From Patescibacteria group bacterium (GTDB taxonomy: Bacteria; Patescibacteriota; Minisyncoccia; Moranbacterales; UBA2206): a stretch of DNA of 60,138 nucleotides. Under the pieces are notes generated by a model, which was not told the DNA's origin, did not search any database, and worked only from the letters and a program-made list of their open reading frames with translations. Position 1 is the stretch's first letter; each line of letters starts with the position of its first letter. This document shows, piece by piece, positions 28,313 through 38,103 of this stretch. A program made the translations under genes and the position numbers. Location: positions 1 to 60,138 of the forward strand of contig JAUPKF010000005.1 of NCBI GenBank assembly GCA_030837625.1. Reading direction: 5' to 3'.

Positions 28313-29530
28313 CTATTTGGGTTTTATGTCGGACTGCGCCGGCAAATCGAAAATGTTTTTTGCCATTTCATGAATCCGGTCGTAGTTATCGCCGCGGGGA
28401 AGCAGGATATATCCGGCCGCGGATTCGCCCGGGTAATACAGAAATCCCTCTTCGCTGTCTTCCAGTACTCTTTGGTAAACTTTGGGATCCGGCATATCTT
28501 TATAGAGCTTGTAAAATTCTTCCATTTCCCAAACTTGCATATCAGTCCGGACGTTGTCGCCCAAACTGTCTAATACTCCATTAATCTTGGAAAAATCAGT
28601 CAGCGTTCCGGCGCTTAGCATTTTGTCTTTGACCAACTGGATTATCATCTGCTGTCTTTTGGCTCTTTCGAAATCATTGGTGGTTACGCGGGATCTGGCG
28701 TAGCAAAGCGCTTGATCACCGTTCAAGGTTTGCTGTCCGGCCGGCAATTTGAAATCCCCGCCGCATTCGGTGTTGGGGTTGGTGCAAAGAGGATATTGGG
28801 CGACAACTTTGACTTTGCCGGTCCGGGTGGTGTGTTTCTTATATTCATATTCCCCGGTCGGAACGGTAAACACACTGCTGTCGCAAACATGGGGTTCGTT
28901 GAATTGCAAAGGTTCTTCAAATGATTTGTCTAATGTCACCTCAATCCCTCCAATGGCATTGATGAGTTGTTTGAAGCCGGAAAAGTTGATACTGGAAGCA
29001 TAATGAATCGGCATTCCCATAACCTCGGAAACGGCCGTTTTCATATCTTCCAACCCCTGCCCTTTACCCTTTTGTTCGCCGTAATAGTGCACGGCGTTGA
29101 TTTTCTGCTTGTCCTGGGTTCCCGGAACGGTCACGTATAGATCCCGGGGAATGGAAATCATGGAAACTTTATTTTCCGCCGGATTTTCCGCCAGTTTGAC
29201 GCTGGCCACGATTATAGTATCAGCCAAAAGGCCGCCCCCGGGCATATTGTCGCCTCTCATTCCTAAAATCAACATATTTACCCTGCCTTCATCTTCTCCT
29301 TTCAATTTGTCCTCCACTCCGGGAATGGCGTGGACTAAACTTTGCAAAAATCCTCCGCTGGAAATTTTTTGCAGTACGCTTCCGGTTTTCCAAGCAAAAA
29401 CTCCTCCGCTTATCGCAATAATAGCGACAAAAATCATGGCGATCTTAAACCACTTTTTTTTATAGAAACGGACACTCGCGCCGGCGCCGGCGCTTGGAGT
29501 TTTATTAAAACCCCTTTCGAAATAAGCCAT
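28313..29530 (-). CDS. LytR-CpsA-Psr (LCP) family protein
   Basis: N-terminal TM, ADTIIV, SIPRDLYV, AL.YARSR, DFERAKRQQ. Confidence 0.92.
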   Translation of the reverse strand: MAYFERGFNKTPSAGAGASVRFYKKKWFKIAMIFVAIIAISGGVFAWKTGSVLQKISSGGFLQSLVHAIPGVEDKLKGEDEGRVNMLILGMRGDNMPGGGLLADTIIVASVKLAENPAENKVSMISIPRDLYVTVPGTQDKQKINAVHYYGEQKGKGQGLEDMKTAVSEVMGMPIHYASSINFSGFKQLINAIGGIEVTLDKSFEEPLQFNEPHVCDSSVFTVPTGEYEYKKHTTRTGKVKVVAQYPLCTNPNTECGGDFKLPAGQQTLNGDQALCYARSRVTTNDFERAKRQQMIIQLVKDKMLSAGTLTDFSKINGVLDSLGDNVRTDMQVWEMEEFYKLYKDMPDPKVYQRVLEDSEEGFLYYPGESAAGYILLPRGDNYDRIHEMAKNIFDLPAQSDIKPK

Positions 29531-29608
29531 CTTTTTTGATAATTATTTTTTAAATTATAACCAACAAACACCGCCAAGCGCGAGCCTTGGCAATATTACT
29601 ATTTTACT

Positions 29609-30799
29609 TCAACTGGATTCTTTGTCAATCGCAACTTTCTCGAATATCTCCAGCATTTTTTGGGCGGTCTTTTGCCAGGAGAATTTCTTTGATTGGATCT
29701 TTCCTGTTTCGATCAGTTTTCCCCGCAATTCATTATTATTTAAAGCCTCGGAAATTTTTCGCGCCAATTCCGTCGTGTCGCGGGGTTCAAAAAGCAATGC
29801 CGCTTCCCCGGTTATCTCTCTATGCGGAGCGATGTTTGACGCGATTACCGGAGTCCCGACAGACATAGCTTCCAAAATCGGGATGCCGAAGCCTTCATAA
29901 AAGGATGGGAAACAAAAGATTTCCGCTCCGGCTATAACCGCGGCTTTGTCCTCTTCGTCGATAAATCCAGGCATAATTATTCTTTTTTCTAAATCATATT
30001 TTTCTATCGTTTCATCGATACGTGCGTCATAATTATGCCCCTTGCCGCCAGCAATGACCAGTTTGATATTCCGATCCCGTAGAGGCGGAGGCGGTTCATG
30101 CCTGCCCGCCAATGCGGCAGGAACCGCCCCTACTAGCGTAGGGATATTTTTTCTCGGCTGGAGCGTGCCAATGTATAGAATATATTTTTCCGGCAAGCTG
30201 TATTTTTCTCGCACGCTTTTTATTTTTTCTCCCGAAATGTCTTGCGCCAAAAAATCATCGGAAACCGCGTTATAAAACCAGTCAACTTTCTCCGGCGCGA
30301 TTTTATAATGTTTGATTATTTCATCGCGAGTGAATTTCGATACGCCGATAATCTTATCCGCCCGCTTGAGACTCACAGGAATCAGTTGGTTGAGAAAAAA
30401 CAAGTCGCTTTTTTTTATGAACTGTGGGAAAACCTTGAAAGAAATATCATGGATTATTGTAATGAGTTTCACGCGGCTCGGAACAAAAAACGGCAGAATG
30501 TACTGGGTTAGATAAATTTCCACGTTTGAATGCGAGCGAAGATATCGCGGCAACGTCCAAAAGTTCCAAGTGAACTTGTTTTTTGTCGGGAGCGAAATTA
30601 TTTCAAAATTGCTACTGTTCGCAATTTCCAGGTCATTTTTTATCTTCTTTAACATTTCCGGATCAGTCATGTCGGTAAGCAGCTTGTAAATATTATTTTT
30701 ATCGATAATAGCCAGGTTCTTTACCAAGTTGAAAAATACCGCTTCATCACCGGTCCTTTTTTTGCCGATTAGTCTTATGTCGATGCCGATGGTTGACAT
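29609..30799 (-). CDS. GT4 glycosyltransferase
   Basis: IGIDIR, YIGTLQPRKN, YEGFGIP.LEAM; start at 30799. Confidence 0.93.
   Translation of the reverse strand: MSTIGIDIRLIGKKRTGDEAVFFNLVKNLAIIDKNNIYKLLTDMTDPEMLKKIKNDLEIANSSNFEIISLPTKNKFTWNFWTLPRYLRSHSNVEIYLTQYILPFFVPSRVKLITIIHDISFKVFPQFIKKSDLFFLNQLIPVSLKRADKIIGVSKFTRDEIIKHYKIAPEKVDWFYNAVSDDFLAQDISGEKIKSVREKYSLPEKYILYIGTLQPRKNIPTLVGAVPAALAGRHEPPPPLRDRNIKLVIAGGKGHNYDARIDETIEKYDLEKRIIMPGFIDEEDKAAVIAGAEIFCFPSFYEGFGIPILEAMSVGTPVIASNIAPHREITGEAALLFEPRDTTELARKISEALNNNELRGKLIETGKIQSKKFSWQKTAQKMLEIFEKVAIDKESS
30079..30133. repeat. GTAG-type REP with a nested CCTGC palindrome, in frame in GT4
   Basis: GTAG..GGCGGTTC-[CCTGCCCGCCAATGCGGCAGG]-AACCGCCCCTAC. 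Confidence 0.75.
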
Positions 30800-30821
30800 A
30801 GGTTTGATTATATAGTATAGT
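30793..30821 (+). promoter_or_regulatory. sigma70 promoter for the small ORF at 30846
   Basis: TTGACA-17 bp-TATAGT, overlapping the divergent GT4 start codon. Confidence 0.6.
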
Positions 30822-30845
30822 GGAAATTCGTGCGAGGTGGTGATT

Positions 30846-31046
30846 ATGAAAGCAAAACTAGAGAAGAAGGAGGACAAAGAAATGACGCCACCAGTGGTTG
30901 CCTCCAAAGAAGAGGCATTCGGAAATCTGGATAACTGTCCGCACAAATCATTTGATGGCGGGCGGTGTTATCTCGGCAAATGCAGGGGGGTAATGCCCTG
31001 TATTTCCGACGACTCGATTAACTTTCAGCAAAAGGAGGAGGAATAA
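30846..31046 (+). CDS. 66-aa hypothetical protein with four Cys
   Basis: SD GAGGTG, promoter upstream, terminator downstream. Confidence 0.55.
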   Translation: MKAKLEKKEDKEMTPPVVASKEEAFGNLDNCPHKSFDGGRCYLGKCRGVMPCISDDSINFQQKEEE

Positions 31047-31073
31047 TGATCTTCTTCACCAAACCGCGCGATC

Positions 31074-31108
31074 CGCCCCGGGCTTCCAAGCAAGCCGGGG
31101 CGTTTTTT
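31074..31108 (+). terminator. putative intrinsic terminator
   Basis: CGCCCCG/CGGGGCG stem plus T6. Confidence 0.6.
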
Positions 31109-31161
31109 ATTTTTCGATAGCTTTTAACTTTGCACTTTTAACTTTTTCCGCCATAGGCAGA

Positions 31162-32853
31162 TCAGCCTTCGGCTGAAACTTGTGCAACTGCCAGCCAGAC
31201 CCATAAAAATCCCAAAAATATTCCGGCGTTGAATAAATTCGGAATGATTATGGCAAACCAGGAAATAATCAGAAACAAATAAAAAACCTTGTTTTCCTGG
31301 TCTTGGGCGAAAAAATAGTTTTTTATCGAATTTAAAAGTATATACGAGAACAAGACGATTATGGATGCAAAACCGATAATGCCCGCTCCCAACCAGGTTT
31401 CCAGAAAAATGTTGGATGAATTGAACGACGCGCCACGTTCGTCGGTTCCCAAAATTGATCCGATATTCCCCCATCCGATTCCCAAAATCGGATGCTTTTT
31501 TATTTCCGCCCAGGATTTTTGGTAAATTTGGCTTCTTATTTTTACGTTCGGATCCTTTCGATAAACCTCTAAAATAATTCCCCCGCTTTTTTCTATGTCC
31601 TCCAGATTAATCTGCTTGCATTCGCACTTCTCCAGCTCTTTTATATCTTCGATTACATCTGGAATTTCACAAACCCAATCATAGGGAGGACACGAAATTG
31701 TAATCTTCTGCAATCCCGTTCCTGTGCTTTGGGCGCGATTGAATAGTTGGAAATTGGTTAGATTGAAAACATAAATTACAGCGAGGCTTATTGCCAAAGA
31801 AGCCAGTATTTTCAGCTTGAGAAAGAATGTTTCTTTCCAGCGCCAGTTTCTATGATCAAACTTCAAATCCGTAAACGCAATAAATAAAAATATAAACGTC
31901 GCCGCGAAAGCGCCCAACCAGGCGGATCGGGAAACGGTGAGGATGAGTATTATGTATAAAGTAGCAAGTAGAAAGTATAAGGCAAAAAGCCGTGTCATCC
32001 CGAGCGAAGTCCTGATGTACTCATCGGGACGAAGTCGAGGGATCTGGCTATTATAATCATAAGATTCACGATTTATAGTAATGTCATCGGCGGCCGTCGG
32101 TAGATTCCTCGACTTCGCTCCGCTTCGCTCGGAATGACAAGAATATATATAAGCATAAACAACACTAATAAGCAAAACCAGATATCCTCCCAGCCAGTCT
32201 GCTTCGGTGAATGTCGCGTTCGGCCGGCCGGGCATCACTTCGAAATCGGATAAATTATGCGTGAAAGCCCAATTTTGCCAAATGCCGTAGAAAGTTACGA
32301 TCACGCTTGAGCTTAGGAAAAACGGCAAGACTTTTTTCAAATCTCCTACGCTTTGAATATAGTTTCGCGCGAGAAAGTACAGCAGCGCGAAAGACGCGAG
32401 AATTACAGACAGCCGTAGGAGCAATTCATGAATTGCTCCTACGGCAAGCGCACTGACAAATCCTGAAAAAACCAAGATAATAACCAAATAATCCGCCAAG
32501 TTCAATTTCGCCAGTTTGAAATTCAATCTTTTGGTCGCCATCCGGATTAAGAATGCCGCGATTGTCAGCGCGCCGATGAATTGGTACGGCCGGATATCGA
32601 TGCCGAGTTCTGTCGGCGCCAGATTGATATTCTCCAAAGGAATAGTTCCGATAAAAAACAAAAACGCCCATCCCGGCCGGTACATCGCCAGTGCCAGCGT
32701 CAAAATCGCAAAAAACGCAAAATCCCCCGTTCGCAAGGGTATGATTTTCAAATTATTAAGCAATATCAAAAAGAAAACCAAAAAGACGTTCGCCAGAAGC
32801 AAATAATTTTTCGGTTTGTTTAGAGAGTTGATAAATTGTTGGAGCTGATGCAT
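31162..32853 (-). CDS. O-antigen ligase/Wzy_C-like membrane protein
   Basis: multi-TM; RPNATF, LTVSRSAW, R..IY...W...HPILGIGWGN. Confidence 0.85.
   Translation of the reverse strand: MHQLQQFINSLNKPKNYLLLANVFLVFFLILLNNLKIIPLRTGDFAFFAILTLALAMYRPGWAFLFFIGTIPLENINLAPTELGIDIRPYQFIGALTIAAFLIRMATKRLNFKLAKLNLADYLVIILVFSGFVSALAVGAIHELLLRLSVILASFALLYFLARNYIQSVGDLKKVLPFFLSSSVIVTFYGIWQNWAFTHNLSDFEVMPGRPNATFTEADWLGGYLVLLISVVYAYIYSCHSERSGAKSRNLPTAADDITINRESYDYNSQIPRLRPDEYIRTSLGMTRLFALYFLLATLYIILILTVSRSAWLGAFAATFIFLFIAFTDLKFDHRNWRWKETFFLKLKILASLAISLAVIYVFNLTNFQLFNRAQSTGTGLQKITISCPPYDWVCEIPDVIEDIKELEKCECKQINLEDIEKSGGIILEVYRKDPNVKIRSQIYQKSWAEIKKHPILGIGWGNIGSILGTDERGASFNSSNIFLETWLGAGIIGFASIIVLFSYILLNSIKNYFFAQDQENKVFYLFLIISWFAIIIPNLFNAGIFLGFLWVWLAVAQVSAEG
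31993..32139. mobile_element. 147-bp A1 element inserted in frame (49 aa)
   Basis: translates CHSERSGAKSRNL...TSLGMT between two TM helices. Confidence 0.9.
32412..32445. repeat. 34-bp perfect palindrome, GTAG-type REP, in frame
   Basis: GCCGTAGGAGCAATTCATGAATTGCTCCTACGGC. Confidence 0.85.
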
Positions 32854-34028
32854 GTGTTTATAATCTTCTCTGTAAATTTCTCCCAGGAAAAATGCTTAGC
32901 TCTTTCTTTTCCGCGGCGAGTGAGGGTTTCGCGCAGATCTTTATTTAATAAGATATTTTTCATCACCATAGCGATGTCTTTCGGATCGTCGGCGCGGCAA
33001 TAGAGCGCCGCGTCGGAGCAGACTTCCGGAAGCGAGGAAATTTTCGAAACGATAACCGGCGTGCCGGCGTTCATTGCTTCGAGCGGAGGTATACCGAATC
33101 CTTCATAGAACGACGGATAAACAAACAGCGACGCGCTGGAAAACAAAGCCGGCATATCTTTTTGAGGAACTGTATCAAGAAGCTTCACGTGCTCGGTCAG
33201 GTTGAGTTCCTGTAAAAGTTTTTTTATATCCAGCGCCAAAGAAAGGGTTGACGGCAAGATTTTTCCATAAATCACGAGTTTAGGCAATTCGGAAACAAAA
33301 TGCAATGACTTATTTTTATCCAGAAGGATTTTATAAGCCCTGACCGCATTTCCCACATTTTTGCGTATTTCATATCCCCCGCCGGCCAAAATATATCCCG
33401 GTTTTAATTTATATTTTTTGAGAACCCGCGCGCTTTCTTTTGCGGAAACTGTTTTTTTATACGTTTCGTCAACGTCGATATAGTTGGGAGAAACTTTGTC
33501 CGGCGATATTCCCAAATGCTTGGCCAAATCTTTTTCGGTATGTCTCGAAACAGTGAGAATCTTATCCGCTTTCCTGATCGCCTGTTCCGTCAGCCGCCAA
33601 TATAACTCTTTTCTGGCGTTGTCCAGATAATCCGGAAAAATCTTGGGGATAATATCGTGTACCAGCGTAACATGCTGAATATTTTTCAAAATAGTCGGAC
33701 ATTGATAAAGGCTCAAAAAAACATCGCAGCCTTCTTTTTCAACTTGCCTTGGCAAAGAAAACTTTTCCCACCAAATTTTTCGAATCAAATCGTCGCGTTT
33801 GTAAATCGGCAAAAATATTTTCTTGGTAAAATTCTTCGGCAATTTAAATCCCCTCGGTAAATCTTCTTCCAAATATAAAATAAATTCCAGATTCGCTTTA
33901 TACTTTCTACTTTCTACTTTATACTCGGCTAATTTCCGCAGGAAATTAGCCGTCACTTGCCCAATGCCGGAGTTGGGTTTTCGGACGAAGGACGCATTGA
34001 TGCCGATGGTGATTGCTTTTTTCTTCAT
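32820..34028 (-). CDS. GT4 glycosyltransferase
   Basis: [25 protein letters not shown]; start at 34028. Confidence 0.92.
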   Translation of the reverse strand: MKKKAITIGINASFVRKPNSGIGQVTANFLRKLAEYKVESRKYKANLEFILYLEEDLPRGFKLPKNFTKKIFLPIYKRDDLIRKIWWEKFSLPRQVEKEGCDVFLSLYQCPTILKNIQHVTLVHDIIPKIFPDYLDNARKELYWRLTEQAIRKADKILTVSRHTEKDLAKHLGISPDKVSPNYIDVDETYKKTVSAKESARVLKKYKLKPGYILAGGGYEIRKNVGNAVRAYKILLDKNKSLHFVSELPKLVIYGKILPSTLSLALDIKKLLQELNLTEHVKLLDTVPQKDMPALFSSASLFVYPSFYEGFGIPPLEAMNAGTPVIVSKISSLPEVCSDAALYCRADDPKDIAMVMKNILLNKDLRETLTRRGKERAKHFSWEKFTEKIINTCISSNNLSTL

Positions 34029-34080
34029 ACCATTATTATATAACCCAAATCGTTTTGTGTCATCCACAGGCACGGGGTTT

Positions 34081-34192
34081 ACCCTCACACCAATCTTTAA
34101 TAATTTTTTCTATTCAGTAAAAACTAAGACGAAGTCGCTTCGCTCAAGTTTTTACTATTTAGAGCATTCTTAGTTGAGATTGGTGTGGGGGT
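34081..34192. repeat. element with 16-bp terminal inverted repeats
   Basis: ACCCTCACACCAATCT / AGATTGGTGTGGGGGT (one mismatch). Confidence 0.7.
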
Positions 34193-34251
34193 TTACTCAA
34201 AGCCAAAAATAGGCTATTATACGGATAGCTGGAAAAACCCGAAAAAGCGCT

Positions 34252-34482
34252 ATGTTTCATTTGGTAAAATTTCTCATTTCCGCCGTAGTCATTTTCTTTT
34301 TGGCTGTTTTTGTTTTGGATTATTTCGGCTATGAAATCAACCAAAGTTATTTTACCGAAAGCAAGAAAAAGTGCGAGGAACGCTTGAAAGAATGCGGAAA
34401 GAATCTTGTCCAAGAAGGAACCAACAACGCCGAATGTAATTTCAATTGCGTCGATCCGAAGGTGATAATTAAAAAGAAATAG
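34252..34482 (+). CDS. small membrane-anchored protein with four Cys
   Basis: N-terminal TM then C-x6-C-x13-C-x3-C. Confidence 0.65.
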   Translation: MFHLVKFLISAVVIFFLAVFVLDYFGYEINQSYFTESKKKCEERLKECGKNLVQEGTNNAECNFNCVDPKVIIKKK

Positions 34483-34483
34483 T

Positions 34484-34573
34484 ACCGATTCGAATCTACG
34501 AATGAATGCGAATCTACGAATTTTTATTTGTCGATTCGTGAATTCGGATACATTCGTAGATTCGTATCGGGTA
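34484..34573. repeat. TACGAAT heptamer hairpin
   Basis: CGAATCTACGAATG / CATTCGTAGATTCG arms. Confidence 0.8.
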
Positions 34574-34578
34574 ATCTT

Positions 34579-35565
34579 ATGAAATTAATCGTCAATATCC
34601 CCGCTTATAACGAGGAAGAAAAAATTGGAGAAACCGTCCAAAGAATCAAAAAAAGTTTCGGGCTGGATTTTTATTCGTCCGGAAAAGGTTCCGTCATCAC
34701 CGAAAAACTCATCCAGCTGGTGGATGACGGCTCGGACGACAAAACCGCCGAGATCGCCAAAAATGCCGGCGCCGATATTATCATTTCCTACAAACCCAAC
34801 CGCCGTTTGGCCTATTCTTTCAAGCAAGCAGTGGAAAGTTCTCTCGCTCGCGGCGCGGATCTGATGGTCAATATCGACGCGGACGGGCAGTTTAATCCTG
34901 ACGATATTCCCAAGCTATTGGAACCGATTCTCAATGGAAAATCGGATATGGTGATTGCCAACCGGTTTGGCGAAAAAGAAGCTAAAAATATTCCTTGGAT
35001 TCGAAAAACTCTCAACAAATTCGCGGCCAGAGTAATTGGTTTTTTTCTGAACTACCGCACCAACGATTTGACTTGCGGATTTCGGGCGCACAACCGTGAA
35101 ACCATGCTTCGCCTTAATTTGACCAATATCTTTTTCACTTATACCCAGGAAACTATTATCGACGCTATTGGAAAAAATTTGAAAATCCAGTGGGTGCCGG
35201 TGGACGTGACATATTTCGACAACCGCGAGGCTAAAATCACCAAATCCATTTTCAAGTTCGTCAATAATTCTTTCAAAATAATTTTAAAAGCCATTCGCGA
35301 CGTGCGGCCGCTGAAATTCTTCGGATGGCCGGGAATTTTTTTCGTGTCTTTGGGTATTATCGGTTTCGCCATATTTTTCTTCAACTACTTTCAAGACTTC
35401 AAAATTCGTCCATATCTCAACTATATCGTCTTTTCTTCCATAACGATGTTTTTCGGCATTCAGCTGCTAATCTTCGCCCTTATCGCCGATATGGTTAAAT
35501 CATCCCGCCAACTGACGGAGGAATTTATGTATCAATGGAAGAAGGATAAATATGACAAACGGTAA
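34579..35565 (+). CDS. GT2, DPM1/GtrB-like polyprenol-phosphate glycosyltransferase with C-terminal TMs
   Basis: IPAYNEE, VDDGSDD, NIDADGQ, DLTCGFR; start at 34579. Confidence 0.9.
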   Translation: MKLIVNIPAYNEEEKIGETVQRIKKSFGLDFYSSGKGSVITEKLIQLVDDGSDDKTAEIAKNAGADIIISYKPNRRLAYSFKQAVESSLARGADLMVNIDADGQFNPDDIPKLLEPILNGKSDMVIANRFGEKEAKNIPWIRKTLNKFAARVIGFFLNYRTNDLTCGFRAHNRETMLRLNLTNIFFTYTQETIIDAIGKNLKIQWVPVDVTYFDNREAKITKSIFKFVNNSFKIILKAIRDVRPLKFFGWPGIFFVSLGIIGFAIFFFNYFQDFKIRPYLNYIVFSSITMFFGIQLLIFALIADMVKSSRQLTEEFMYQWKKDKYDKR

Positions 35566-36637
35566 ACTGAAAATTCTTTTTATAAGTCGGGCGTATCCGC
35601 CGGTTACTGGAGGGCTGGAAAACCAAAATTATGAACTTTCCGTGTGGCTTCCTAAAATCGCCGAGGTAAAAACAATAGCCAATACTCGCGGAAAAAAATT
35701 TCTGCCTTTTTTTCTTCCCTACGCTTTTCTAAAAGCGCTGTTTTTATGTAAAAAGTACGACGCTATTCTTTTAGGTGATGCGGTTCTCGGCGCCGTTGGA
35801 TGGAAATTGAAATTATTTTCCCGGAAACCCGTTGTTTGCGTCACCCACGGGTTGGATTTGACTTATCCGATGAAAATATACCAAAAGCTCTGGGTCGGTT
35901 TTTTTGCGGGAAAAATGGACAAGCTTATCGCTGTCGGAAATGAAACAATAGAAGCCGGGGCAAGAAGAGGCATTCCGAAAGACAAATTTGTTTTCATTCC
36001 TAACGGGGTCGACACGGAAAAATTTATCGAATTTCACAAGCGCGAGGAATTGGAAAAAATTGTCGGCGAAAAGTTAGAGAATAGAAAAATCATACTATCC
36101 ACGGGACGCCTGGCTGTTCACAAAGGCATTGACTGGTTTTGCGAAAACGTTGTGCCGCTTCTCGGCGAAGATATTATTTATCTTGTGGCGGGAGACGGAG
36201 AAAAAAGAAAGGATATTGAAAAAATAATCGCTTCCAAGAAATTGGAACCTAAGGTTAAAATACTGGGAAAGGTCAGTGATGAAGATTTAAAAGTTCTATA
36301 CAACACGGCCGATTTGTATGTTAAACCCAATATAAAAGTCGAAGGGACGATGGAAGGTTTTGGATTGGTGGCTATCGAGGCGGCATCGTGCAAGCTGCCG
36401 GTTATCGCGTCGAATTTGGAAGGTTTGAAAGACGCAATCAAAGACGGGCAAAACGGATTCTTGGTTGAACCGTACGATGCCGACGGATACGTGAAAAAAA
36501 TTAACGATCTGCTGAAAGATGAAGCGTATCGCCGTGACTTCGGCGAAGAAGCCAGAAAATATGTCATTGAAAATTATTCTTGGGAAAAAATTTCCCGAAG
36601 GTATTTGGAAGAAATTCAAAAAACAGTTTCAAAATAA
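35552..36637 (+). CDS. GT4 glycosyltransferase
   Basis: YPPVTGG, PNGVD, EGFGLVAIEA. Confidence 0.93.
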   Translation: MTNGKLKILFISRAYPPVTGGLENQNYELSVWLPKIAEVKTIANTRGKKFLPFFLPYAFLKALFLCKKYDAILLGDAVLGAVGWKLKLFSRKPVVCVTHGLDLTYPMKIYQKLWVGFFAGKMDKLIAVGNETIEAGARRGIPKDKFVFIPNGVDTEKFIEFHKREELEKIVGEKLENRKIILSTGRLAVHKGIDWFCENVVPLLGEDIIYLVAGDGEKRKDIEKIIASKKLEPKVKILGKVSDEDLKVLYNTADLYVKPNIKVEGTMEGFGLVAIEAASCKLPVIASNLEGLKDAIKDGQNGFLVEPYDADGYVKKINDLLKDEAYRRDFGEEARKYVIENYSWEKISRRYLEEIQKTVSK

Positions 36638-36653
36638 AAAAACACTCGGAACA

Positions 36654-36689
36654 GACCTCCAGGGTCCGCAGTCGCAGACCCTGGAGGTC
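36654..36689. repeat. 13-bp perfect hairpin upstream of the pilin cassettes
   Basis: GACCTCCAGGGTC-10 nt-GACCCTGGAGGTC. Confidence 0.6.
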
Positions 36690-36749
36690 AAGCCAGGTCG
36701 CCTCAATCAATTGCCATTAAGTTTTAATTATGGCATACTATAATAGCCA

Positions 36750-37061
36750 ATGGACATCTACCAAAAAAATACAAACACAGAAAACGCGAATATTGAATCC
36801 ATAGATCCGAGAATCCACTTTTTCACCCAAGAAGAATTGGAAGCCAGGCGCTTCCCTCTTGGCAATTCCGCCTTTTTGAATTGGGTGGTGGAAAATTCTG
36901 AAGGGAAGGTCAAAAATAAAAAACAAGCTTTGGCAGTTATCGGATCTTTCGTTTTTCTTTTGACTGTATTATTTATTTTTACCAAATCTATGCTCGCCGG
37001 TCCGGATATCCCGCCGGAAGCCTTGAAAAATCCGGAGTACGGTTTGCCGATGGCAGATTAG
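36750..37061 (+). CDS. single-TM small protein, cassette copy 1
   Basis: 99/103 aa identical to 37786-38097. Confidence 0.8.
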   Translation: MDIYQKNTNTENANIESIDPRIHFFTQEELEARRFPLGNSAFLNWVVENSEGKVKNKKQALAVIGSFVFLLTVLFIFTKSMLAGPDIPPEALKNPEYGLPMAD

Positions 37062-37083
37062 TAAAAACAAAAAGATTTTATTT

Positions 37084-37731
37084 ATGGCATTTAATCAAAC
37101 AAAAAACAAGCTCAGTGGAGTTTCATTGATTGAAGTCTTGATTGTGATCGCGATAATCGCTATTTTGTCCAGCGTGATTTTGGTCAATCTCAAACGCTCG
37201 CTCACCCGAGCGGAGTACGCTCATGCTCAAATGCAGCTGAAGACACTGACGAACTTGATTGCTGAATTGGAAATAGATACAGGAAAAAGCCCAGCCGGTT
37301 TAGCTTTGCCTGAAACTCAATGCCACCCCACGCCACAACCGGGTTTTCCCCTTAACCATTGCGCTGCCGGCTTGTTTGATGACGTAAGTGGATCTGGTGG
37401 CTGCGTAGGGTCAGGAGTAGCAATAGAAGGAGGAGCTACTTATAGTGATCCCCGCGCTACATTTCCTAATTGGAGAGGGCCTTATGCAGAGTCTTTGCCG
37501 CTGGATCCATGGGGAACAAGTTACTATTATGATTTTGACTACTATTGCGGCAGTTCTCTCAAACAAAAGGGTTGTGAGGGCTACTATGGCAAAGTGGTCA
37601 GGGCGATTGTTTCCTTTGGACCTAACAAAGTTTGCAATTACAATTGGTCCGGCACCGTCGACAGTCCTTTTACTAGCAGCGACGATATCGTATATGTTCT
37701 GTGCGGAACAGCAAATAATATCTACCCATAA
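37084..37731 (+). CDS. type IV pilin / GspG-like pseudopilin, copy 1
   Basis: class III signal G|VSLIE plus hydrophobic helix; LPLDPWG. Confidence 0.88.
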   Translation: MAFNQTKNKLSGVSLIEVLIVIAIIAILSSVILVNLKRSLTRAEYAHAQMQLKTLTNLIAELEIDTGKSPAGLALPETQCHPTPQPGFPLNHCAAGLFDDVSGSGGCVGSGVAIEGGATYSDPRATFPNWRGPYAESLPLDPWGTSYYYDFDYYCGSSLKQKGCEGYYGKVVRAIVSFGPNKVCNYNWSGTVDSPFTSSDDIVYVLCGTANNIYP

Positions 37732-37785
37732 AAACCATTTTCATTCTCGATGCACGCCGTTTTTCATAAATAGAAAACAAGTTAA

Positions 37786-38097
37786 ATGGACATCTACCAA
37801 AAAAATACAAACACAGAAAACGCGAATATTGAATCCATAGATCCGAGAATCCACTTTTTTACCCAGGAAGAGTTGGAAGCCAGGCGTTTCCCTCTTGGTA
37901 ATTCCGCCTTTTTGAATTGGGTGGTGGAAAACTCCGAAGGAAAGGTTAAAAACAAAAAACAGGCATTGGCGGTTATCGCATCTTTCGTTTTTCTTTTAAC
38001 GATACTGTTCATTTTCACCAAGTCTATGCTCGCCGGTCCGGACATTCCGCCGGAAGCTTTGAAGAATCCAGAATATGGTTTACCTATCACAGATTGA
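37786..38097 (+). CDS. single-TM small protein, cassette copy 2
   Basis: paralog of 36750-37061. Confidence 0.8.
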   Translation: MDIYQKNTNTENANIESIDPRIHFFTQEELEARRFPLGNSAFLNWVVENSEGKVKNKKQALAVIASFVFLLTILFIFTKSMLAGPDIPPEALKNPEYGLPITD

Positions 38098-38103
38098 AAT
38101 CAG

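Noticed and set aside
3134-34578. ORF-track N-terminal extensions (3134, 20108, 28265, 30946, 34088, 34528)
   Set aside because: They start in repeat elements or in neighbouring genes/intergenic DNA; family motifs begin at downstream starts.
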